Positions 25,992 through 39,786 of a stretch of 64,000 bases of DNA are shown piece by piece. The translations under genes were made by a program, and so were the position numbers. The notes under the pieces are model-generated. The model was not told where the DNA came from. It made no database searches and saw only the letters and a list, made by a program, of their open reading frames with translations. The number at the start of each line of letters is the position of its first letter. Positions within the stretch are counted from its first letter, which is position 1. This DNA comes from Octopus sinensis (lineage: Eukaryota): assembly GCF_006345805.1 (NCBI RefSeq), contig NC_043000.1, forward strand, positions 64,914,001 through 64,978,000. The letters run 5' to 3'.

Positions 25992-28386
25992 ACAGGTGCA
26001 ATACAGAGAGAAGGATGTAATAGCCAAGTCTTTTTAATCATAGATCTTCTCAGTGAGGATTGATCTGAATTTAAACAACAACAGCAGCAGCAGCAATAAC
26101 ACTAACAACAACAAGAACAACTAGCATTGCATATTTGATAATTGGGAAAAGCTCAAAGATTTACACATTTCTACTATTATCAAAAAAGAGACACACTTTG
26201 AGATTAAGCTCTTGAATTCTTATGGCCTTAGTGTATTTCATTGGCTATTTTAGATTTAATTGATATTTCTCAGTTTAATGGTTAACATTACTTAAAAAGA
26301 AACTAGCAGCTGAAAAAACAACCCAAACCAAAAACAAACAAACAAAAACCACTATAAGACATATTAAATGAAAGCCACTGTAATGCTGATTTAATCATCT
26401 TCTCTAGAAGTTGCTTCATCATAGAAAATGTCTCTTAGAGAAATTACTGCTGACTTCATAAAAAAAAAAGAAAAAGAAAATAGCATTCTTAGTTTTATCT
26501 TCACAATGTTTCGTTCATGTCCTTTATTTCATGTTAATCTACAAATATCTGATGAAATTGCAGTTGAGGATGAATCTGGAAATTTAGAATCAGAAAAGAG
26601 AAAAAAATCAAGAAAGGATAAAAGACAGGGTAGGAGAGGGTGAGGATTGAGGCGGGGTGGTGGTGGTGCACTTTCAGGTTTGATATGATAACTCTTAAAA
26701 AAACAAAAAAAACAAAAACAAAAAATGCAAGAACAACAAATTTTGCCCTTGCTTGCATGATACAATCCCATTGAAGGAACAAGAGAATCACAATGGCAGG
26801 GTTGAAGTATTGTGAAAAGGATAAGCTTTACCCTACTAATGATGCAATTGATGATGTCAAAGAATTGATTTTTTTTTATTGTCAGCTGCAAAGCAGAAAA
26901 AAAAAGAAGTGATTGCAAATAAATACATAAATAAATAAAAGAAGGAAAGAGCTGACAAAGATTTTCAAGCATGATGACGTTGTTGCTGTGTGCGCGAGTG
27001 CATTGAAGATCTAAATACCAAGATAAGAAGTAATGATGCCTTTCAAAAATATGTGGCTACTGATGGTATATATGGCTGTCAGAGAGGGGATGGTGGTGAT
27101 AGTGGAGGTGGTGATGGTAGTGGTGAGGGTTGGGTGGTGGGTAACCTAAGATAATGTCCTTTGAATTGCTGTGCCTTTTGCATGGACAATGGGTTAGTTA
27201 TTGGGTGTTTGAAATATGTATGTGTGCATGTGTGCATGTGTGTGCATGTGCATGCATGATGTATGTGTGTGTGAGTGAGTGCATGTGCGTGTGTATATAT
27301 GTAAGTGTGTATCTATTGTATCTGTAGGCATATAAATATTTCTGAATGACTGTGTAGCTAAGAAGGTTTGCTTTACAATTACACATTTCTGGAGAAAGGA
27401 TGTTCCCATTGCACTGTGTTGCACTCAGGGACAGTGTCTTGTACTATAATCATGGGGTCGATCAAAGCCATGTGAGTGAAACTTGATACTCAGATTTCAT
27501 ATAGAAGATAGATAAATATATATACTTAAGTCACAGTATGTGGATTCAAGTAATCTGGTAGCACTCATAGAAAAAGCTCCTTAGTGTATCATTCTAAAAA
27601 ACATACAGAACATATACTATGATACAAAACAAAACAACTTAGCTTAAGTTCCACATCATTTTGAAGGATTTTTTTGCATTTTGCATTAATGCAGACATGT
27701 AAGTAATTTATTTATTATTAAATATAATAATATAAATTATCTGCATGTTTTTAAGTTATGAAACAATTTGTCATGATATTAGAATTTCCTTATTGTTAAA
27801 TATAGTTTCATCAAACTATCACCATCATCATTAACATCATCTTTATTGTCCTCATCATCACCCTCATTGTCATCCTTCTCCTCTTTCTCATTATTGTCAA
27901 CATCACACATCATCACCCTCATCATCATCCTTATCCTGTGCAAGATAACCAACATCATTTTACATCTGATTTTCTGTGATGCTATGGGTTGGAAGCTCTC
28001 ACCCTCACCTCCAAAGAAGCCATATGTCCTTCCTCTCACCTCTTACAATACATAAGAACAATGTGCCTATTCCAAAACACAGTACACACACGCATGCATG
28101 CACACACACATGCACACACACACGCATGCATGCACACACACACGTGTGTGTATCAATGAGGGAAGGCTGAACAGAAATACCTTGTGGTATGCAGTTCTTG
28201 TTCATGGTCTTATATGACAAAGTAGACTTTGTCTTTTATTCCATTACTAGATCTATAAAATAAGTACCAGATACAAATAACTGGAATAGAAATTATTGAC
28301 TAAAATCTGTGGTGGTAGCTTGATCACAATATAATTTTAAAAAAACTATTAAAGAATCATAAAAGAGCAAACATGTATTTGTATTA

Positions 28387-28788
28387 CACTTTACTCTTTA
28401 CTCTTTTACTTGTTTCAGTCATTGACTGCGGCCATGCTGGAGCACCGCCTTTAATCGGGACTTATTCTTTGTAAGCCTAGTACTTATTCTATCGGTCTCT
28501 TTTGCCGAACCGCTAAGTAACGAGAACGTAAACACACCAGCATCGGTTGTCAAGCAATGCTAGGGGGACAAACACAGACACATAAACATACACACACACA
28601 TACATATATACATATACATATATACGACGGGCTTCTTTGAGTTTCCGTCTGCCAAATCCACTCACAAGGCTTTGGTCGGCCCGAGGCTATAGCAGAAGAC
28701 ACTTGCCCAAGATACCACGCAGTAGGACTGAACCCAGAACCATGTGGTTGGTTAGCAAGCTACTTACCACACAACCACTCCTGCGCCT
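28387..28788 (-). mobile_element. SINE family A, young full-length copy
   Basis: CpG-rich near-consensus reverse copy. Confidence 0.92.
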
Positions 28789-28804
28789 ATAATATATTAA
28801 TATA

Positions 28805-29000
28805 TTGGTTTCATATTTTGACACAAGGCCAGCAGTTTTGAGGAAGGCAGTAAGTCAATTACTGGTACTTATTTCATTGATCCCAAAAGGATGAAAGGCA
28901 AAATAATCCTGGTGGCATCTGAACTCAGAACGTAAAGACAGATGGAATGCCACTAAGCATTTTACCTGGAGTGCTAACAATTCTTTCAGCTTGTCACCTT
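28805..29000 (-). mobile_element. SINE family B
   Basis: gacacaaggccagcag...ggatgaaaggcaaa...gaactcagaacgtaaagac. Confidence 0.75.
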
Positions 29001-29021
29001 AATGAAGTTGTGAATATATTA

Positions 29022-29167
29022 AGTCCCACCCATGCCGAGTATGGAAGGAAGACGTTAAACGATGATGATTAGATATGTATATTGTTATCAACAGTAGTCC
29101 CACCCATGCTAGCATGGAAGGCAGATGTTAAACGATGATGATTAGATATGTATATTGTTATCAACAG
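29022..29167 (+). repeat. Two tandem ~50-bp RTE 3'-tail insertions with a duplicated 26-bp flank
   Basis: agtcccacccatgc...gttaaacgatgatga + ttagatatgtatattgttatcaacag occurs twice, period 74. Confidence 0.85.
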
Positions 29168-30399
29168 CATCATAATCAACATTGTCATTATCACTAATCA
29201 TCACCATTAATAAAGCCACCACCACCACCACCACCACCGCCGTCGCCGTCGTCGTCGTCGTCGTCATCATCATCATCATCATCATCATCATCCCTGTGTT
29301 AGTTTTTGTTGAGTATGTCTGTTGCCATACATCATGCTTGTCTTTCATCACTTCATCCATGAGATCCAGTATCCTGATATCTGACATCGTTTCCTGCCAT
29401 ATTTCTCGTTCTCAGTTTTCCACTTACTCAGACACTCTTCATTAATAACAGCAAGGCAAGTCAATAAGGGAGCTTCTATTTTGTTGTTCAATCTGCTAGA
29501 AATATCAGTTATGTTTTCCTTTCATCATACCCCATAACTATTGTTTTCAATCATTTTGACTTTATAACACATCAAAAATCAAACACAAACATTACAGGAT
29601 CTCTTCACGTAGAAAGATAAAAAGAAAATTAAACTGTTTTAAAGTTAAAAATTAAGAAATAAGATCTAGAATATAGCTTCTCATGTGTATACGAATAACA
29701 CGTTTTCAAGGTGTTCAAACATTAATATGGATTTTCTAAAGATTTAAATTGTATTGTTAAAAAATCTGTGATGCACCAGTGTACTGCAGCACTCTTTCTT
29801 GACAATCAGTGACTTAACTTCTTTAATGAAAGAAAGGAAAAAAATTAAGGACACACTGGATTGTCAAGTCTTAGATAACATAGTGACATTTGAGTCCTCA
29901 CTCAACTTAAATGGCACTAAACAACAAAAACAATGACTATGGAAAAGCGTTTATGTGATTGCTCTATGTGCTTGAATTAGCAGGTATATTTCAATGAAAT
30001 TAAATTACCTACTCTCTGAGAAAGAAAACTGCATTGGATTATGAGTTCTAGAAACAGAAGCAGAAACACACAGACATGCACACAACCACACACAGAGTAT
30101 AGTTATATTTGGAATATTGTTGAGCAAAGGTCATAGGTAGTTGAATAATATTTTATTCACAAACATCATAGTTTCCCTACCAATATAGGAGTTTCTCTAC
30201 ATATATGTAGTCTAATGTCTTTAATATCCAGCTGCTTTCTTCGTTCACCTGTACTCTCTTCATCTCACACTGGTTAACCCTATACCTGCAACTGATCTTG
30301 TTCCACATTATTTCTTTTTACCTCGGAAAAATTTTCTGTATATTATGTAGATGATGAAGTTCATCATCAATGTAGTATATGACTAACACAGTACGGAAT

Positions 30400-32070
30400 A
30401 TCACCATTCTGTGCCACTTCAATATATGAGACAATGAGGGAGCCTCTAAACGATTGTTCATCTTGCTAGAAACTGCTATTTTTAGCATGCTCTGTGACCT
30501 CATATAGGTTATCTCATTGAAGATGAAAATGAAGAAGGAAAGTCTGGAAGTAAAAGACCCTTCTGGTTAAGTATAACATCCAGCTAGAATATATGATGCC
30601 TGTTCAGAAATATAAAAGAAAATGTTAAAAAAACAAATTATTACATGCAGAACAGATGCATGTTCTCATGAGAAAAGCCTTTAACTATCTGTGCAGATGG
30701 AGTGATGTAACAGCCAAGCAACAGACAATATAACAAAGGAAGAATAGAAAGCTAGAAAGTCATAAGGACTAAGTAACAAGCTTGGAAGGAGTGGAAGAAA
30801 GGGATTAACAAGAAATGATACTGGGAAGCTAGACATAAAGGTGCATCTAGCAAGATGTTAGCTATATCTAGCTGGTTTATTTATGTAAGTTCTTATATTT
30901 TACAGCATGGAGATATGTAATGTGAAATATTCTAGATTGCATTCTAGTGTGTTCATTTAATCTGGATGTCATTGGACAGAAGCGTCTAAAATGACACTAG
31001 TATAGAATTTTGTGAAAAGAAGTACAGAAATGTTATTTAATGTGAGAAGTAAAATGGACATGTGTGAAACAATAAAAACCTATTCCAAATGAAACTGACA
31101 GAAGGGCTTAGCAATGGAATTTATTTCAATGTGTTTAGTGAATGAAAGTAACATGTTCCTTAAAAATGTTTGAATGTACCATCCTACATAGCTTATCTAT
31201 TTGTTGCTCAGGTAATGCAGGATGGTGAAAATTTCAGTGATTAGTAAAGTAGTATATGAGGCAAAGAAAGACAGACACTTGGGAGGTGCATTTACAGAGA
31301 TCTCAAACTGAATGTAGTTGATGGAGACTTAGCAAAGTTAACAAAGAAATAGCTTAATTTGGATAAGATACAGTTTCAAATGATGCCTGCACATTATATT
31401 ACTGATGACAATTGCAAGAAAAATTATAAACTAAAAACAAATACTTGTAATAAATTTGCAAAAGCTTTTTGCAAATGGTAAGTGCTGAGAAAATAAGATG
31501 TAGATAAATGCTTTGTGACAGTTGTTCAAGCCATCATGTACAAGGCACAACAGATATTACAAGGGTGCTGCTAGCAAGGCTAAGACTGATAGTGATTACA
31601 GTAATACATTAAGTGCAGATGGAATTCACCAAGGTTCTGATATAGAACTTCTGGTTCTAACACGACAACTCAAGAATGGTTGTTATTGAGAGATTCAATG
31701 TGTTGTCAAACTAGTTCTCATAGTAGATTTGTCAAAATGGTAAAGAAAATGTTTCAAATTTTTAAGTAAGACCCAGAGGCAGAAGGTTTAAAGGTTACTA
31801 TAGCACAGACCATAAGCACAAGTTATTGACAGAGAATGATGATGTCAGTGACATTTGGGGAGTGAGCTTCATATGCATGAAGGGACAAAGTGTAAACAAT
31901 AGGTTCACAAAAGAAGCAGTAGGATCTCTGAAAAGATGACAGAAGCCAGGACTAGATTTTATAGATTTGTATGAGCACTTAACAGTAGGCTATCCATAGA
32001 ATGAAATCTAAACTGCTTGCTAGATGTAAAGGAAAACTTTTGTTATCTGAGTGATCTAATTGGTTATAAT
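30400..32070 (+). mobile_element. Heavily decayed RTE-clade LINE ORF2 (reverse transcriptase region)
   Basis: VQAIMY...DGIHQGS (~31530-31640) resembles VQxMY...GVHQGSVLSP; LDVKENFCYLSDLI resembles LEVVDSFCYLGD. Confidence 0.7.
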
Positions 32071-32242
32071 AAGAATGATGATGATGATGATGATAATGAC
32101 AACAACAATGATGATGATGGCTATGATGACCTTGCTGCAGATGAGACTGATGATAAGAGTTACTATGTTCTTATCTGTGTACACAAGTGTTTTAACTACT
32201 CTTGAAGTTGTTATTTCCAGGATAATGTATTAGTCTATTGTC

Positions 32243-32628
32243 GTGGAGGCGCAATGGCCCAGTGGTTAGGGCAGCGGACTCGCGGTCATAGGACCGCGGT
32301 TTCGATTCCCAGACTGGGCGTTGTGAGTGTTTATTGAGCGAAAACACCTAAAGCTCCATGAGGCTCCGGCAGGGGATGGTGGTGATCCCTGCTGTACTCT
32401 TTCACCACAACTTTCTCTCACTCTTACTTCCTGTTTCTGTTGTACCTATATTTCAAAGGGCCGGCCTTGTCACTCTCTGTGTCACGCTGAATATCCCTGA
32501 GAACTACGTTAAGGGTACACGTGTCTGTGGAGTGCTCAGCCACTTACACGTTAATTTCATGAGCAGGCTGTTCCGTTGATTCAGATCAACCGGAACCCTC
32601 GTCGTCGTAACCGACGGAGTGCTTCCAT
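32243..32628 (+). mobile_element. Young tRNA-derived SINE family E, full length
   Basis: A box tggcccagtggttaggg, B box ggtttcgattccc; 3' half shared with 17140-17290. Confidence 0.85.
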
Positions 32629-32985
32629 TAGTCTATTGTTAATAAAGCTAAGGTCAGTCAGTCAGGTGGATGTAGTTTCTCACTAGAAAACTAAAAAAAA
32701 TAAAAAAAGGATATATTTGTGAACAATAGGTGCAAGTACAGCTGTGTGGTAAGAAGTTTCCATCTCAACCACATGATTCCTAGTTCACTCCCACTGTGTG
32801 GACACCTTCGGCAAGTGTTGTCTTCTCTAGCCATATACTGACCAAACCCTTATTAGTGGGTTTGATAAACAGAAACTGAAAGAAGCCTGTTGTATGCAAC
32901 CTTGTGTTAAATATTATCATCATTTTATATATGTAAATTTGCATGTGAGTAATCATATACACATATGTATATGCATGTGTATATA

Positions 32986-33018
<33 letters not shown>

Positions 33019-33071
33019 GTATATACATGTGTATACACACACACACACACACACACATAGATACACATATA

Positions 33072-33452
33072 TAGGCGTAGGCATGGCTGTGTAGTAACAA
33101 GTTTGTTTCTCAACCACATGGTTTTGGGTTCAGTCCCATTATGTGACACCTCGGGCAAGTGTCTTCTAATATAACCTTGGATAGACCGAAGCCTTGGTCT
33201 GACCTGAAAGAATCTTGTCATATATATAAATGTAGCTATGTGTGTGTGGTCTTTATGTCTGTATTTGTACCCCATCCCCAGTTGACAACTGGTGTTGGTG
33301 TGTTTACATCCTTGTAACTTAGCGGTTCAGCAAAAGAGACTGGTAGAATAAACACCAGGCTTAAAAATATAATGGGTTGTTTTGTTCAACTAAACTTCTT
33401 CAAGATGGTGCCCCAGCATGGCCGCAGTCTAATGACTGAAACAAGTAAAAGA
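33072..33452 (+). mobile_element. SINE family A, full length
   Basis: Family motifs. Confidence 0.85.
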
Positions 33453-33849
33453 TAACATATATATATTATCTAGCTTGGAAACAGGTAAGGGTTGGCAACA
33501 GGAAGAGCATCTGGCTGTAGAAGATCTGCCTCAACAAGTTCCATGTAAACTATATGAACATGGAAAAGAAGATGTTAAAATGATGATGATGATGTATATG
33601 AATGTCTAGATTTAATATTTGTAATAAAAGCATTGAAATGGAAAAAAAACCAATGAGAATAAATATATATTAATACTTTTAATGATTAGTTACAAACTGC
33701 AGAGTGTTTTGACCTTATGATCTTGTCTGACTTGTTCATATGATTTAAACATTGTGCAGTTTCTCACTGATCATCAAATTCATACACACATATATAACAC
33801 CTATGTGCATGCATGTGTACACATGTGTGTATATGTTTGTATATGTTTA

Positions 33850-34072
33850 TGTGTATGTGTGTGAGCATATCAATTTATTTGTCTGCCTGTCTATGCATGC
33901 ATGCATGCATGCATACATGTATGCATGTATGTATGTATGTATGTATGTATGTATGTATGTATGTATGATGTATGTATGTATGTTTGTATGTATGTATGTA
34001 TGTATGTATGTATGTATGTATGTATGTATGTATGTATGTATGTATGCATGCATGTATGTATGCATCTATCTA

Positions 34073-34109
<37 letters not shown>

Positions 34110-34135
34110 TTAATAATAATAATAATAATAATTTT
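33850..34135. repeat. (TATG)n plus (TAA)n microsatellites
   Basis: Directly visible. Confidence 0.95.
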
Positions 34136-34365
34136 GAGCAGGATGGGTTACTCGACCAGAAGAAAATTCTAACTGGGCCCCACCTACAAGGTCATGTGCT
34201 GTTTATCTTGATATGAGAAAACCATGTCGCGCACATATGGTTGTGATGCATGTACCTGGTGTACCCTTATCAGACGGGTAGTCATGATGGGTATACTGGG
34301 CTTCGTATATTTTACCCCAGTATCACTTTGATGGCATGCACTGCTCTCTCACTCAATAATAATAA
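34136..34365 (+). mobile_element. 3' end of a non-LTR retroelement with (AAT)n tail
   Basis: GC-richer unique block ending gcatgcactgctctctcactcaataataataat and flanked by (TAA)n. Confidence 0.5.
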
Positions 34366-35831
34366 TAATGATGATGATGATGATGATAATGAACCAATTT
34401 CAGGATTGAGAGATGCAATGTTTACTCCATTTGTTAACTGTTTCATAATCTGTATCCAGTTAAATCACTACACACATACAAATATTCATACAGATGTACA
34501 TTTATAATTGTGTTGTAACACAATAAGATTTCTCATCTGAACATTTAATAGCCAGTAAATATTTAGTCCTATTTCTGTTGTGTTGTGTTGGGTGTGTGCA
34601 CGTATTTATATATGTATGTATGTAAAGGCCATACTGTAAAATGGTTGGTGATAGGAAGGCCATCTGGTGATAAAACATGTATATACAAGAATAAAGATTT
34701 AGCAATTTTTGCATTCTGTTGTACACATTAGAAGATGAATAACCACAGCAGGTGATGAGACACTTGTCCAACCGATACCAGGATGGAAAAATGTACGTAA
34801 AACGATGATGATGATATGTGTGTATGTTTGTGTGTGGGCATATGTGTGTGTGTGTGTGTGTATGTGCATACATGTTGTGTATATGTACAGTAAAGTAATT
34901 CTAAGGTGGTAAATACAGGAAAATAATATGAAAATTATTGGCAAAATCACAAGCATACAACAGAGAAAAACTATTAAGGCTATATTAATATTGAAAAAAA
35001 AAAAAGAAAAATAGCAGAGGTTTTGCAAATGCAAAATCCACATATAATCTGTAAAATATTTTGACCAGAATTACCAACAACTAATAGTGAGAAAGCCATT
35101 TTGCTAGATTGCTAAAAGTAGTTGCCAATTCATCCTGAAACTCATCTTCTTATCTTCAAAAATAAATGATACAATTTAGTACACATGTTGTCTGAAAAAA
35201 AAGAAAGAAAAAGGTCTATGTGTGTGGTAGATTATTATTGTTAAAATGCGTAATATACATTTGTAATGAAGTATTTACTTCTCAAAGGATCTATCAAAAA
35301 TGGCTAGGGAATTTTGTTTGTAGTTAAAACTGAAATATTAGCTACTATAAAACAACTTCCAAAGGTAGAATACCCTAGAAACACTTGCCCTGTATATAGA
35401 GATTGATAAACAACTCACATTCTATAGTGAAAAAGAAAACAAACAAAAAAAAAGAAAATACACATACTATGAATTTCGTCCAAACTAATTATTTTCCATT
35501 ATTAGGAAATGTCTAGCTTCATAAATGTTCAATTAATATAACACAGGTTATGTCACGCTGAAGATTTCTAAAAAGAATGAAATAGTGCTATACATGATTA
35601 CCACTGACTACAAATTTTAAATAACCACAATATGTGAGGAAAAATATTGTTTAAATACATACGTATATTTCTTAATAACAAATTCAAACTTCTAATCCTG
35701 TGAAATACTACGATGGAATGATTATCTCCTTTGTATTAACTCTCTACTAGAGGACACGATATTGTGAGACAATGTAGTTGTGTGTAGATAGCTATATAAC
35801 AAAATTTCCTTGGTTTCATATGAATAAAGTG

Positions 35832-36248
35832 CTGGCATGGCTGTAAGGTAAGAAGCTTGCTTCCCAACCACATGATTCTGGGTTCAGTCCCACTGCATTG
35901 CACCTTGGGCAAGTGTCTTCTACCATAGGCTTGGGCTAACCAAAACCTTGTAAGTGGATTTGGTAGATGGAAACTGAAAGAAACCCAGTCTGTGTGTATG
36001 TGTGTCTTTGAGTTTCTGTGTGCATGTGTCTTTGTGTCTGTGTTTGTCCCCTTGCTATTGCTTGAGAACCAGTGTTGGTGTAATTATGTCCTTGTAACTT
36101 AGCTGTTTGGCAAAAGAGACTGATAGAATAAGTACTACGTTTAAAAAAGTAAGTCCTGGGGTTGATTTGTTCAACTGACAGCCCCTTCAAGGAGGTGCCC
36201 CAGCATGACTGCAGTCAAATGACTGAAACAAGTAAAAGATAAAAGATA
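35832..36248 (+). mobile_element. SINE family A, full length
   Basis: Family motifs. Confidence 0.85.
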
Positions 36249-36999
36249 TACCGCTGATCTTGCAATGATAGGAAGCAGAACATTACAAACACTGCTTTAC
36301 ATCTTCTGTAGATCAACAGTGCACACTTGGATAATTGTGTGAAACAAACAGAATGAAATATTTACTTTTATACTCATGTAACACTAACACAATAGCACAA
36401 ACACAGACACACACACACATACACATCATCTTGTGTTGTATTGAGCACATTTGTGTCTCATTGACCATTTCCTTCTGCACTTCCTTAACCTTCAATATCT
36501 CTGTAATACAGTTTCCTTCAGCCTTTGTGTCTTGTGTATAAGTTCGAAAATGTCTGCTACTTCTTATTCTATATACTAGTTTCCAAAGTAATATTTAGTA
36601 TATAACTTCATATTTGATTCATCAACAGAGTCCTATAAATTTAAGTCTGTTTGAAGGTTTCTGCTAAAGCGGGTTTATTTTCATATAATAAGCAATTTAG
36701 TAACTGTTGCTCCCAAGAGATATTCTTCACCCTCTTTAACATTTTGGTATATGTTCTATTTAATCTATTTTCTATTGCTTTTGTAAGTGTCCAGCTTTCA
36801 AATCAATATGCTATGCTATAGAGTTATATGTATGTAATCACATACTTGTGTACATACATACAAATCTAAACAGCTACAAATATACATACATTTGTATATA
36901 ACATATTGTATTGAATGCACAACATTGTTCTAATTTTATCTTCTTTTTATCTATGTGTTTTTTTTCTAATATTTTTGTATGAGTTTTGTATAATTTGTT

Positions 37000-37110
37000 T
37001 GGAACAGTAAAGTATCTAAATCCATCATCAAAACGTTATCTTTATGAGGATAAAATTTTGCTGTGTGATAAAAAGATCCTCAGAATAAAACAAACAGTAA
37101 TCAACAATGA
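37000..37110 (+). mobile_element. Possible PLE GIY-YIG C-terminal remnant
   Basis: YLNPSSKRYLYEDKILLCDKKIL resembles YNPxSKRCxLCLxEKxxIL. Confidence 0.3.
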
Positions 37111-37419
37111 ATATTCGAGCATACTAAATAATGAAAATGGAGCCTTGAACAATACAAGAATAAATATAATTTAACAAATATCTCAGATGATATACCTATC
37201 AAAAATACACCAGCCACACATAATGATTATTATTTATTGTATATTAACTATTGAATAGATGAACAGATTATTAAAAACCTTGCAAAACAGAACACTAAAA
37301 TGCATTATACTAAAACAAATTAGCACTAATATTATATGTTTTCACTTGCCATGTTTGGAGGAGGGGTAGTGCCCCTGACCTTTAGAAGCACTGCAAGACT
37401 GATGAGCCTGACATTGTTA

Positions 37420-37700
37420 ATGCTTTGTTTAAACTGTTGCAGGTCAACATCTGCAGGAAAGACATGAGTAGGGAGAAGATTCCAGAGGGTCAATGCCCAT
37501 GGAGGAAGAATTGAGCATAGTGGTTAGTGTGGTGTCAAAAGTGGGGTTTAGATGCAACAAAGATGATGACAAGCAGAGAGACAAGTGGATTGGGGGTGCC
37601 TGAATGGGGGAGGTGAGAGAGACCAGCCATTTCCCAGGAACAGAGGCCATTATTGTGGCAATAGAAAATACAGAGAGAGGAACAGTATACTTATGGCCCA
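37420..37700 (-). mobile_element. CR1/L2-group LINE 3' end
   Basis: Minus strand: VFYCHNNGLCSWEMA...LTLWNLLPTHVFPADVDLQQFKQSIN resembles FYRYYNGxCSxEL...LWNSLPxxVFPxxYDLxxFK. Confidence 0.75.
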
Positions 37701-38467
37701 GAAGCTGGAGTGTGTCTGTTAGTGATTGAATATCTTATAATTATATCTCAAGTCTGCCCAGTAATGGGGCAATCTGAGACTATTAAACTTAAAAATTAAA
37801 ATTAAAACTCATATCAATAATAAACCACAAACAAGTAAACCCAAGAAAACCAATGTGATTTATAAATTGTTATATTGACTATACAAGTACAACATTCTCA
37901 TCACCATACATGTATGGCAGAGAGTAACTGTAATGTACTACACCACTTAACACAAGACAAGACTAAAGAGGAAAAGATTAGTTGATAACAATTTTATACT
38001 TTTATACTCTACAGAATTTCTTATGAAAATAAATGGGTAATGATGGAAGCAATAGTATCCTTTCTAATTTTGGCGCAAGGCCAGCAATTTTAAGGGAAGG
38101 CACTAGACACAGACAATGTGTCTGTAAAATGTCTGACTGATGATGTACAAATCTAACTGAAAATTCAAATTCTGGTGACAACATCAACACCAACTGCATT
38201 GGTTCTGTTATAAAGAGGCAAGAATACATATCAAAATTGCTTTAATTCAGATGATGAAACTATGAATGTTAGAAACATTAATGAGTTGCTTTAAGAACTT
38301 TACAATTCCAAGTAAAATGCAAGGAACTCATAAAGACATATGAAAAAGAATAAATAATAATAAGACAAAAACTCAATGAATTATTAAAGCTACAAAAGTT
38401 ATATATTAGATGCATGCCTAAAAATGGCTTGTTTCCCATATATATACAAATATTTATATAAACTTTT

Positions 38468-38745
38468 ATATGTCTTTTATCTTTTACTTGTTTCAATTAC
38501 TGCCATGTTGAGGCACTGTCTTGAATTTTTAATCAAATGAATCGACCCTCAGTACTTAAATTTTTTTAGGCCTGGTACTTGTTCTATCAGCCTCTTTTGC
38601 AGAACTGCTAGGTTACATGGACATAAACAGACTAACACTGGTTATCAATCTGTGGGAGAGGGAAAAACACAGGCACACACACGATGAGCTTCTTTCAGTT
38701 TCCATCTACCAAATCCACTCACAAGGATTTGGTTGGCCCTAACCT
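38468..38745 (-). mobile_element. SINE family A lacking its head
   Basis: Reverse complement of the 3' two thirds. Confidence 0.75.
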
Positions 38746-39464
38746 GGTGTGGGTATGCATGTGCATACATACATATTTCCTCATATATATTCTAGCTTCT
38801 GACTCATAAGTTATGCTGTTGCCTCTCCCTGCCTGCCTTTTCATTTATGGTAGGCAAGGTAGCTAGTCCTTACCCAGGTAAACACTATAAATATTATTTA
38901 ACATAAAAATTCCAGGCTTAATTCAGTAAACAGATGATACTAAGATGTTAGAATGGAGTTCCAAAGTATATCAAAGAAATTGTTATAAAATAATTTAATA
39001 TAAAATATAATAATAATAATAATGATGGTGATGATGATAATAATAATAATAAAAGAAGAAAGTCATATAGAAGAGAAGTTGTTGTCATTCAAATTCAGCA
39101 TGGTGTATTTATTGTATGTTGAAAAGAGAATAGCATTAAGCATGATGGCTCAATAGACTACATAAGAATATAAAGAGATTAAAGGTTGTACAGTTCTTTC
39201 CATAAAGTTATAGAGACCAACATTAAAGGTTCAGAAAGTAAATATATTTCTGTGATTTTCCTTGATGTGAAAGAGAATTGTTAAAAAGAGTTGTAAGAGA
39301 TGCAAAGAAAGAAAAATAAGTTCCTGTATCTATCTGATTATATGTGAATGTTTCTGTGTAGTTGTTTTCCTTTGTGTTATAGAGATTGAGTTGGTGAGGT
39401 AGAGAGTGAGAGAGGTAGAGAAAGCGCATGTATGTTTGAGTGAAAGACAGAGAGAGAGAGAGAG

Positions 39465-39502
<38 letters not shown>

Positions 39503-39553
39503 TGTGTGTGTGTATGTGCGCATGTGCATGTGTGCTAATGGACTCCAAGCTGA

Positions 39554-39786
39554 CCAATCAAAAATACATTTGACAGAATGAAAGGGAGGGTGTACTAGTA
39601 CTTCTGATTAATTCCAAGAAATGAGCAAACATCTTAGCAGTGGACTCCAGAAAGTAGATCATTGAAAATTTACTGAGTTGTGCTGATTGGCCAGTTTTAT
39701 TTAACCAATGGAAAGAGTCGAGTTGACTTGATTAAATTGGCTTCATCTTTTGATACAAATTAATAAAAGAAATGAATTTTGCCAAT
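39554..39786. promoter_or_regulatory. Cluster of five CCAAT/ATTGG boxes (putative NF-Y promoter or enhancer)
   Basis: CCAAT at 39554, 39705 and 39782; ATTGG at 39686 and 39736; gaccaatca and ggccaatcag fit the extended consensus. Confidence 0.4.
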
